From assembly GCA_951406725.2 (NCBI GenBank), contig OX597824.1, positions 75,330,001 through 75,394,000 on the forward strand: a stretch of 64,000 nt of DNA. Direction: 5' to 3'. Source of the DNA: Octopus vulgaris. Its lineage: Eukaryota. Positions 52,276 through 64,000 of the stretch are shown here, in pieces (positions within the stretch are counted from its first letter, which is position 1; each line of letters opens with the position of its first letter). The position numbers and the translations under genes were made by a program. Under the pieces are notes generated by a model. That model saw only the letters and a program-made list of their open reading frames with translations, was not told the origin of the DNA and made no database searches.

Positions 52276-52831
52276 TACATATAGTCTGTGAAAGTCGGAT
52301 TTTTTTATATGCATACAAACATATGTACGTTTTTTGTATGAAATGTATTTAATATTTTTTTGCAAAACGGCTTGCTTAACTTGCTTGTCCTTACGTTTAC
52401 TCCTCTATCTGCTCAAGTTCAAATCTCTTGAACACTACGAAGTGTATTCCATGCAATGAATACATGTCTCCAATCTATAAACTATATAGGTATATATAGG
52501 GCAAGTATCTTCTACCATAGCCTCAGGCTGACCAAAGCATGGTGAGTGGATTTGGTTGGCGGAAACTGAAAGAAGCCTGTCGTATGTATATATGTGTATG
52601 AGTCTTTGAGTCGCCCAACGCAATTGCTTCACAATCGATGGTGGTGTGTTTATGTCTCCGTAGCGCAGCGGCTCGGCAAAAGAAACCGATAGAATAAGCA
52701 CCAGGCTTACAAAGAATAAGTCCTGCGGTCGATTTCTTTGACTAAAACCCTTTAAGGTGGTGGTCCAGCATGGCTGCAGTGAAATGGCTGAAACAAATAA
52801 AAGAATGGAAGAATAAAAGAATATGTGTGTG

Positions 52832-52889
<58 letters not shown>

Positions 52890-53299
52890 GGCGCAGGAGT
52901 GGCTGTGTGGTAAGTAGCTTGCTTACCAACCAGATGGTTCCGGGTTTAGTCCCACTGCGTGGCACCATGCGTAAGTGTATATATATATATATAGGTCGTT
53001 GTTACGATGAACCCTAATTTATTATGTGAAGATTAATTGCTACGAACGATTTCCTTAAGCTCATATAGGAAATCGTTCTATTTAGTTCAAGTGTAAGTTT
53101 GACATTTAAGCCACTTAAAACCATTTTCATTCGCACCAATTGTTTCTCGATACGATAGTTAAGTAAGAAATAACAATGATTTTTCTCTGTAGAATTAATA
53201 TGCTTCGAAACCACTTGGTTTCCACTTCCGTGTCACTACCGGCTGGTGCCTTGAGCCGACAAACAAATATTTTGTTAGTGGATTTGATAGGCGAAAGCC

Positions 53300-53362
<63 letters not shown>

Positions 53363-53500
53363 ACTAGAGTGAACAATAGCGCTAATATATGATATATAAT
53401 TTAGCAAAACATGTAACATACTAATAAATATCTGTAAATATAAAACCATCCAGTACCTCATTTCTTCTAATATAAAATACTTGTACATCATCTCCAAACC

Positions 53501-53557
<57 letters not shown>

Positions 53558-54221
53558 ATGACCTTCTTTCTGTGTGTGGTTTGTCCTCAACACTTGACAA
53601 CCGTTGTTGGTTTGCTTACGTTCGCTTACCTTAGCAGTTAAACAAAAAATAAAGAAGACAGCTAAAATATGTACCAGACTTTCAGAAAAATTAGATCTAG
53701 GGACGAAATTTTTTATACTAAATTCTTGAACGTGGTGCTCCAGCTTGGCAACAGGTAAATGAGTGAAACGGATAAAAGAATACATGAAATGGCAACACTA
53801 AATAGAATAAAATATATTTTGGTTTTGAAAATAGCATCGTTGGTGTTTATTTTTCTCCTTCTTGTTCTCACTTGTATCATCAAATAGATTTTCGGTTTTT
53901 CATGAATTTTTCATTTTCTTTTATTTATTTCTCAGTTAGCAACATTTTAGAAAACTAAGTTCTTTTACATGTCCTTTTTTTATTGCATTCAAAATAATTT
54001 TATGCCTCGTAAAATTGCAAATGCAAATTAATTGTTTAGTCTTCCAGACAAAGTTCGTTTTTCTTTTTTCTTTCTTTTTTTTTAGATATCAATATACTAT
54101 TTTATTGTTTGCATGCGATTTCAGTTTGACATTTTATCTGCAAAATTTACAAATTTTATTAAACTTCTATGGAAATATTTTTTATATAATATATTTTGTT
54201 TTATATATGTGCGTGCGTGTA

Positions 54222-54273
<52 letters not shown>

Positions 54274-54850
54274 AGTGTGTGTGTATACAAGTATGTATGT
54301 ATGTATGTATGTATGTATGTATGTATGTATGTATGTATGTATGTATGTATGCATGCACGTATGCATATATAGTTGTGTGTGTTTGTGTGTGTGTACTTTT
54401 AAAGTTTAGATATTTCTTACGGGTAAACGGTGAAAAGTGGTTCAAATAGAATTACTTATCTAAGTTCACATGTACTATAGATTTATTGTTTTAGAGATTC
54501 GGGCGTCTTTCCTGTGAAAATAGCTCATTTGCCGAAGCTAGGAACCCGTCATATCTAAAAGAATTATTTTCGGTGAAGAAACTTATAAAACTGAGTGCGT
54601 AGAATATAACACAGTTACAAACGATGGAGAATGTATTAAAAAACAAAACAAAAGACAAACATTATAAGACCTTGACAATTGTTTCATTACAGATGAGGCA
54701 AAGATGTTACAATTAAGTAAGTATGGTTATGTGGTTCAGAAGATCGCTTTGGAACGATGTCGTTTCGGGTTCAGTCCCGCCTCGCGGCACCTTGGGCCGA
54801 CCAGTGTCTTGTGAATGAATTTAGTAGCTGGAATCTGATTGGAAACCCGT

Positions 54851-54943
<93 letters not shown>

Positions 54944-54944
54944 A

Positions 54945-55256
54945 TCACCGTGATCACAGTGACCGTCCAGGATATCGGATGTTGCTACACATCGCTGGTC
55001 ACAATGCGCTTCGCATTGTTTTAGCCTTCAAATGAGGCCACCCCGCTGACTAAGCGAGCAGGCCAACAGAAGAAAGAGTGAGAGAAAGTTGTTGCGAAAG
55101 AGTACAGCAGGGATCGCCCCCCCCCCCCTGCCGGAGCTTCGTGGAGCTTTAGGTATTTTCGATCAATAAACACTCACAACGCCCGGTCTGGGAATCGAAA
55201 CCGTGATCCTACAACCGAGAGTCCGCTGCCCTAACCACTGGGCCATTGCGCCTCCA
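54945..55256 (-). mobile_element. tRNA-derived SINE: 15168-family head with an alternative tail
   Basis: The head matches 18040-18219; the tail matches 10100-10240. Confidence 0.85.
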
Positions 55257-55389
55257 CACACACACATATATATATACAGAAGCACAATTAAAGGTTACAA
55301 ACCTCATTTAGGGATTAAATATGGGTCAATGCAACAAGTTAAATGAAAATTTATTAATAAAAATATTTAATTGGTTAAATATATAAATA

Positions 55390-55552
55390 GGCGCAGGAGT
55401 GGCTGTGTGGTAAGTAGCTTGCTAACCAACCACATGGTTCCGGGTTCAGTCCCACTGCGTGGCATCTTGGGCAAGTGTCTTCTGCTATAGCCCCGGGCCG
55501 ACCAATGCCTTGTGAGTGGATTTGGTAGACGGAAACTGAAAGAAGCCTGTCG

Positions 55553-55585
<33 letters not shown>

Positions 55586-55790
55586 TTGTGTGTCTGTGTT
55601 TGTCTCCCTAGCATTGCTTGACAACCGATGCTGGTGTGTTTACGTCCCCGTCACTTAGCGGTTCGGCAAAAGAAACCGATAGAATAAGTACTGGGCTTAC
55701 AAAGAATAAGTCCCGGGGTCGATTTGCTCGACTAAAGGTGGTGCTCCAGCATGGCCGCAGTCAAATGACAGAAACAAGTAAAGAGAGAGG
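55390..55790 (+). mobile_element. Full-length CORE-type SINE
   Basis: Near-identical to the 50336 copy. Confidence 0.9.
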
Positions 55791-56121
55791 TAAATATAAA
55801 GCTCTCAAAATGGGAAGTAGGTATTCATGAAAGGTTAAAGAAGATCTAGGAATAATCTAATTTAGGGATATACCAAAGCGAAAACAGGTAGAACTAAATA
55901 ATTACTATTCACAGTGACTTAGGAAATAGCTACAAGTTTGGTTCATATCGTACAATTAATTTGATTTAGAGAAAAGCTTACGAAAACTAAATTAGAGACA
56001 TACACAAAATACGAACAGGTGAATGCAAATATTCATGTAAATAGATAAAAAAAAACTTTAAAATTATTATACACATTCTTTTAAGAGAGAGAGGGTTATA
56101 TATATATATATACATACATAC

Positions 56122-56207
<86 letters not shown>

Positions 56208-56236
56208 GTCTGTCTGTCGGTCTGTCTATCTGTCTG

Positions 56237-56322
<86 letters not shown>

Positions 56323-56854
56323 AATCTATCTATCTATGCCCGTGTGTCTTTGCTTTTGAGTTGGGCCCCCATACAAGTCCTGACAACCGGTTTGTTTATG
56401 CTTAATTTGTTTATGGGTAAAAGGGACTGGTATTTAAAAAATAAGTACTGGGGTAGATTTGTTCGACCAAAATCCTTCAAGCCGGTGCTTCAGCATGGCC
56501 ACAGCGTAATAACTCAAGCAAGGAAAATATTAAAAAAATAAGAAGTCAAAACTTCGACAATCGCCTTGTTGCTTCGTACAAAATGTTACAATTAAACGCT
56601 AAAAATACAAAGCTTCGGACAATTAGATAGAAACGATATTAATTACTTCCAACTCGAGCAAGAAACCAATATTTTAGAGTGGAAGAGGTTTATCAATGCT
56701 TGGAATTTGAACTTCGAGCGTAAAGAATCGGGAGAAATAGCGCAAAACATTTTGTTCGACGCACTAATGATTCTGTCAATTCTCTGAATTAACAGAAACC
56801 GAACGGAAGCAGCGCAGATAGAAGCCAAATAGAAGCGGTGAAAAGTGGAGACTT

Positions 56855-57278
56855 ACTCTTTTACTCTTTTACTTGTTTCAGTCATTTGGCTGTGGCCATG
56901 CTGGAGCACAGCCTTTAGTCGAGCAAATCGAACCCAGGACTTATTCTTTGTAAGCCTAGTACTTATTCTATCGGTCTCTTTTGCCGAACCGCTAAGTGAC
57001 GGGGACGTAAACACACCAGCATCGGTTGTCAAGTGATGTTGGGGGGACAAACACAGACACACAAACATATACACACACACATACACACACATATATATAT
57101 ATATACATATATATACGACGGGCTTCTTTCAGTTTCCGTTTTCCAAATCCACTCACAAGGCTTTGGTCGGCCCGAGGCTATAGTAGAAGACACTTGCCCA
57201 AGGTGCCACGCAGTGGTACTGAACCCAGAACCATGTGGTTGGTAAGCAAGCTACTTACCACACAGCCACTTCTACGCC
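56855..57278 (-). mobile_element. Full-length CORE-type SINE
   Basis: Reverse complement of the 55390 copy. Confidence 0.9.
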
Positions 57279-57507
57279 TTACAAATTCTTTTATAAAAAC
57301 TGGATCCAAATATTGCAAACGCTGTACAAGGTCATCAGCATCTGAGATCACATTTCTAAACAGCATCTGGTGACTGAATTATTCCGCTTTGAAACTACAT
57401 GGTTTTGGATTTTGTCCCACTGTACGGCATCTTGAGCAAGAATCTTTTATTAGAGCCCCGGATCAATCAATGCATTATGAGGTAATCTGGTTGAGGAAAA
57501 CTATGTG

Positions 57508-57722
57508 AAAGGGGCATGAACAGTGCCTGACTTTGAGTAAAAGAAAATACAGGAGGATCAGTTAATTATGATTTTATTCAACATATTTCCCTCTCAGATT
57601 CACACTTTTATGTCAGCGATCCTTCAATTTTTCTAAGTCCTGTTAAAGAACTAGGAAAGTTGGGCCTCTAGCCAGACCTTTCGCGACACCCTTACAGCTA
57701 GGAGTTTTTCAGCATCCCCTCG
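57508..57722. mobile_element. Degraded Tc1/mariner-type MITE
   Basis: Right end ggagtttttcagcatcccctcg|TA; degenerate left counterpart aggggcatgaacagtgcctgact. Confidence 0.45.
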
Positions 57723-57761
<39 letters not shown>

Positions 57762-58406
57762 ACAAATAAAACTTACTTGGAAGAAGACAACACGTGCGTT
57801 CGATCATATAATAACAATTTAATAATAAAATATATGCATACATACATACATATATGTACATACCTACATATATATGTATATATACATGCATATATGAGTA
57901 CAGGACACGACAAATAAACGTAGAACACAACGAGAAACGAAAACATAAAAACAAAACAAGGAAACGGACTTTTTTTAACAACGAAAAAACAGAGTACAAG
58001 ACAAACAACACAAGGGACATTCCCCTTCTTCAGCTGCCCCTGTTTCGACTCATTGCGTGTTTCGAAGGTAAGGGCAGAATACGACTACATTGACACAGTC
58101 CTTCCCGAATTATATAAAAAAATTTTTGCAGTGGGGTAAAAAAAGGTGACAAGAACAGGACGTAAAAGCAATACAAATAAAGAAAAAAAAAACAGTACAA
58201 ATAAATTTAAAACAATAAAAGACAGGACAAGGAAACCAACAATAAGGACTTTTTAAGCCTAGACGGTTGAAAAATTCATTTGAGCATATTCTGAAGAACG
58301 GCTTACGAAGACAGATATATATATATACATCCTCATATATATATATATTATAGACACACTTATACACAAATAGACACACTTATACATAAATACACACACA
58401 CACGCG

Positions 58407-58446
<40 letters not shown>

Positions 58447-58627
58447 GGAAGTCTATGAGAATTACTTAATACAGTTTTTGAAGTGTAAAGGTGATTTTAA
58501 AAAAGATTATTTTTTAAAAATATTAGTTTTTAAAGAAATGTCATGAAATCTTTTATGAGGTTGTTACTAACCTTTTTGGAGAAATTTTGTGAGCTCTTTC
58601 ATTTAACCTTTTCAAACCCTCTCTCTC

Positions 58628-59583
<956 letters not shown>

Positions 59584-59772
59584 TATATATGTATGTGGGT
59601 CCACGAATGTATGGATGTGCATGTATGAATCTTATTGCATGTGTGATTTTGTATGTTTTCCCCAACTTACGTGTACAGGAACGATTGTTTGTATGTCTAT
59701 AGATGTGTATATCTACAAACAACAGACTAAACTTGTGGAATGTTTTAAATGTTATTATTATTTTCGCATCGT

Positions 59773-59997
59773 AAGGCGGCGAGCTGGCAGAAACGTTAGC
59801 ACGCCGGGCGAAATGCTTAGCGGTATTTCGTCTGCCGTTACGTTCAGAGTTCAAATTCCGCCGAGGTCGACTTTGCCTTTCATCATTTCAGGGTCGATAA
59901 ATTAAGTACCAGTGAAACCCTGGGGTCGATGTAATCGATTAGTCCCTTCCTCACAAAAACTTCAGGCCTTGTGCTTTTAGTAGAAAGAATTATTATT
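59773..59997 (+). mobile_element. Monomeric SINE (6832 family) with a Nin/Deu-like central domain
   Basis: aaggcggcgagctggcagaaacg...gccgaggtcgactttgcctttcatc...gtcgataaattaagtaccag. Confidence 0.85.
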
Positions 59998-60057
59998 GTA
60001 AACAGAAACTTTATTATTTCGAAATCTCTCAACGAGAGACATACAGTAACAGTACTT

Positions 60058-60419
60058 TAAAGTAAAGATTATTTGCCAACATAATGTGGCAGTCCTGGTT
60101 GGGACCAATGTTACTGTTACTTTAGCCCCAAGAAATATCGTCTCCAGCTGGCTATACGACACTCGAACAGGGGAGCTTAGCAGCCCTACTCAGCCCAAAG
60201 CAATATCTGTGGACCGCGGTTTCTGGATTTTTCTCCTCCGCGGTCCACAGACATTGCTTTGGGCTGAGTAGGGGTGCAAAGCTTCCCTGTTCGAAAATAT
60301 AAGGACACAGACGTGTGTTGTAAAGCCAGCTAGAGACGATGTTTCCTGGGGCTAAAACAACAGTAACATTCATCCCAACCAGGACTTTTACATTATGTTG
60401 GCAAATAATCTTTTCTTTA
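60058..60419. mobile_element. Foldback element/MITE: imperfect inverted arms of about 160 bp with a short loop
   Basis: aaagattatttgccaacataatgt...tgtggaccgcgg / ccgcggtccaca...acattatgttggcaaataatcttt. Confidence 0.85.
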
Positions 60420-61387
60420 GTTGTTATTTTTTTATTCGTTTAGTGAGAAGAAAACGCAGTGTTCGTACCTCCTTACATGGCTTCGAAGACAGCTGCAAGT
60501 GATATATCTTCAAACTAGAAACCTGACCCAAATGGAATCAGCTAACGGCACCCATCCCTGCTAATCTCTCCGTATCGATTTATGCATATTGTTTTGTGTA
60601 TGTGTATGTGTAAGCATGTATGCATACATTTTGTATTTATTTATGTATGTATGCATTTTGTACGGATGTCAGTATTCAGTTTATTTCAAGATTTCTTGCT
60701 AATAGAGAAAGAACCGCTTTCTAACCAAGATCCAAGATTCCTTCATTGGAATTTCAACATCAACAACAGGGTATTTTTGTTTGTATGTATGTATGTATGT
60801 ATGTATGTGTAGATTTGTATGTTTAATGAATGTATTCTCATGCGTAGAGTTACATATCTAGACATGCTCATATATGCTTTCGGTGCGAATGTTTTTTTTT
60901 ATACGGTGCCATTTTTACGATCCTGTAAATAATAATAATAATGGTATTTTTATATAAGCTTAAAGCTTATGGCTAAGGAAAATAGTCTAATAAAGGAGTA
61001 TATAAGCCCTCGATAGAAAAAAGAAGGCTTTCCTATCCGCGTGATAAACTTCTGGAAAATTTTACAGATTTTTACAGTTCCAGTGATGGACTGAATCTGT
61101 AGCCTTCGAATTAGCTTTCTCCTTTCTGGCTTTGAGAAGTCTAATTTCTCAAGATTGGTATTTAGGCAGTGTGTTATACATTCCAGGGTATTTTTGTTTG
61201 TATGTATGTATGTATGTATGTATGTATGTATGTATGTATGTATGTATGTATGTATGTATGTATGTATGTATGCATGTATGTATGTATGTATGTGCAGATT
61301 TGTATGTTTCTTTGTTGTGACCTCGTGAGCACCGCCAGCAATTTTTTTTCTTCTGTCTTCCCTTCTCAGGATCTTTCCTTTTCCTTT

Positions 61388-61422
61388 GTTTCCGACGAAG
61401 AGCTCCGCTCGAAACGTTAAAC
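61388..61422 (+). ncRNA. Minimal type I hammerhead (family C, C at position 4)
   Basis: GTTT-CCGACGA-A-GAGC tcc GCTC-GAAA-CG-TT-AAAC; palindromic stem III ACGT; GUU triplet. Confidence 0.7.
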
Positions 61423-61894
61423 CCTCCTTCCCTTCTTTCCTGAGCGTCCAATAATACTTTATTTGTTCCACGTCCTCGCGTTGCTGTGATTTTTTTTGTG
61501 TTTTCTTGTTTGGATTAACTATATATATATATATATATCTTTACACTTCTATTTTTCTTTTAACTCTTTCAAATTTCTTAGCAAAAAAAATCTGGTCTTT
61601 TACTAAGGAATTGAAACACCATAGCTGGAAGTTGCCACTGACAAATCTTCCCATCTTCTGACTCCCAGGATTTATCACTTACAACACTTATTGTTATAAG
61701 GAATGTTAACATTTAGAACAAGGGTTTTTGAAGCGGGTTCAGCGAAATTAGAAGGGGACAAGAGATTTATAAAAATTTTGAAGTAATCGCAAACAACAAC
61801 TCTTAAATAGTTTACTCTCAGATTTAATAAATAACGTCCATTTTGAAAATACAAAACATCAAATAATTTATTTGGAAGTTTTGACTTCCAAATG

Positions 61895-62790
61895 TTATTA
61901 ATGGTTTCAAATGTTGGCACAAGGCCAGCAATTTTAAGTGGAGAGAGGCAGTCGATTACATTAACCCTAGTGCTTAACTGGTACTTATTTTGTTGGCCCG
62001 AAAAGATGTGATACAAAATCAACCACGGCAGAATTTGAAATCAGAGCGTAAAGCCGGAAGAAATATCACTTAGCATTTCGTCCGGTATGCTAACGATTCT
62101 TCCAGCTGACCACTTTGTTTCTAAATGTAATTAATAATTCTTTCTACTATAGGCGCAAGGCCTGAAATTTGGAGGAGGGGGATTAGTCGCCTTGCTTCCA
62201 AATATAGTTAATAGTAAATGATAAATTGTTTCACGATGTCTGCAAAATCAACTGGCGTTTGGCCTGAAGTTTTGTAGGAACGGGGAGGTCGATTACATCG
62301 ACCCCAATGCTCAGCTGATGCTTATTTTATTGATCCTGAAATGGTGGAAGGCAATGTCGACCTCAGCGGTATTTGAACTCGGAACTTCACACTTTTGGGA
62401 TCGATTAAATAAGTACCAGTTACGCACTGGGGTCGATGTAATCGACTTGATACCTATGTCTGTCCTTGTTTGTCCCCTCTATGTTTAGCCCCTTGTGGGT
62501 AATAAAGAAATATGTATTTGAACTCGGAACGCAAAGACAGACAAATGCTGCCGCGCAGCATTTTGTCCAGCATGCTAACATTTCTGTCTTTAGTTTAAAA
62601 TTATAAAGGTTATTAAGGATTCTTTCTACTATAAAATTTCGGTTGAGGGGAGAGCTAGGCAATTACATCGACCTCAGTGCTCGATGGCTATTCAGACCCT
62701 GGCGAAATTTGAACTCAGAACGTAAAGACGGACGTAATGCCGCAAAGCATTTTGTCCGGTGTGCTAACGATTCAGCCAACTCGCTACCTT
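61895..62790. mobile_element. Cluster of nested SINE fragments (6832 family) in both orientations
   Basis: Repeated gtcgattacatcgaccc, atttgaactcagaacg and tgctaacgattc blocks. Confidence 0.75.
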
Positions 62791-62867
62791 ATAATGTCTG
62801 TAAACTGGTAACCACTGTTGTCTGTTTCAAGGTGTCCAACCATTTTACACTATATTCTTTACAAGGA

Positions 62868-63049
62868 TGAAGGCACGTGGCTTAGTGGTTAAGGTATTCG
62901 GCTCTGTCACGCTGAATCTCCTTGGGAACTACGTTAAGGGGTACGCGTGTTCGTGGAGTGCTCAGCCACTTGCACGTTAATTTCCCGAGCAGGCTATTCC
63001 GTTGATCGGATCAACTGGAACCCTTGTCGTCGAAACCGACGGAGTGCCA

Positions 63050-63050
<1 letters not shown>
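62868..63050 (+). mobile_element. Internally deleted tRNA-SINE (head fused to the 15168-family tail)
   Basis: gtggcttagtggttaaggtattcggctc joined directly to tgtcacgctgaatc...accgacggagtgcc. Confidence 0.75.
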
Positions 63051-63083
<33 letters not shown>

Positions 63084-64000
63084 TTACAAGAGGTACGTCG
63101 ACACTGTTGGGTATGAAGTACAAGCACATTGGAAAAACGAGTGTGAGAACTACTCGAGAACAATAGCTGCCCCGAAGAAGTTAACTGAATCAATAAGCGA
63201 AGAATCACAGCCAGTTAAAGATTCTGTTTAAGGTTGTCTGATGATTTAATAAAGGCAAGAACAAGAATAACACAGTAACGTTTGAGGATCGTTCGACATT
63301 GAACATGTCCTGATTCCATAAAAACAAAAGACAAAAAAAAACTAACGAAATAAGAGTAGTATTACGCCTACAGGTGAAGAAGTATATATACTATTAAATA
63401 ATGAAATAAAATGATTTACAAATGAAAATAAGCGATAAATAATACAAAAAAACATCTTTGATTTGTTGGACTAGTTTTTATTTAGTGAACCTCCATCTTT
63501 ATGTTGCTTAGCGTCATCTCGTCTGTCTTTACGATCTTAGTTCAAATTCCGCTGAGGCCGACTTTATCTTTCATCCTTTCAGAGTTTTTCAAATAAGTAC
63601 CAGTTAAACACTGGGGTCGATGTAATCGACTAGTCCCCTTCTCAGAAATTTAAGGCCCTGTGCCTTTAGTAGAAAGAATTATTTATCTGTGTGTATGTCT
63701 TTAAGTCTGTATTTGTAGGACAAACCCACGCAGACAAGCACGCATACACAAACACACAATGGAATTCTACCAGGTTCCGTCTACCAAATCTGCTCAAGGC
63801 TTTGGTCAGCTCGAATTATTAGTTAATTAGTTAACCAATTAGTCAATTCGATGGTTTGATGAATCTTTCGGTCTATCAATCAGTCAATCAATCAGCTGGG
63901 TTTGTCAAAGTCTTTTTGTCGCTATTCACGACTAGATCAATGTCATACTTTCTCTACCCCGGGTGGGCTTCAGGTCTGTCTGTCTCCTGTCTGACTGAAC

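Noticed and set aside
53044-53078. 12-bp hairpin GAACGATTTCCT/AGGAAATCGTTC
   Set aside because: Isolated, with no catalytic core or second copy in the window.

Overview
AT-rich, microsatellite-saturated eukaryotic DNA with no recognisable host protein-coding exon. The SINE families and repeat landscape strongly resemble octopus (coleoid cephalopod) intronic or intergenic sequence; this is an inference. Nearly all listed ORFs are translated microsatellites. Real coding remnants are all transposon-derived: a 5'-truncated but uninterrupted Penelope-like (Neptune-type) RT+GIY-YIG ORF (45433-47080, -), a second Penelope 3' fragment (23431-25054), a decayed RTE LINE ending in three C2H2 fingers, CR1-like and R4/Dong-like LINE ends, an internally deleted mariner and a Chapaev-like transposase relic. 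Non-coding elements include several MITEs (two carrying TTAGGG arrays), a non-autonomous Helitron and many tRNA-derived SINEs. The main hidden signal is about 15 minimal type I hammerhead-ribozyme motifs from several unrelated sequence families, mostly next to (TA)n tracts. Many have palindromic stem III, four loci have a compensated U3-A8 core, and several sit in inverted or palindromic arrangements, including a perfect 88-bp palindrome with a core on each strand. All structures were read by eye; no activity is demonstrated.
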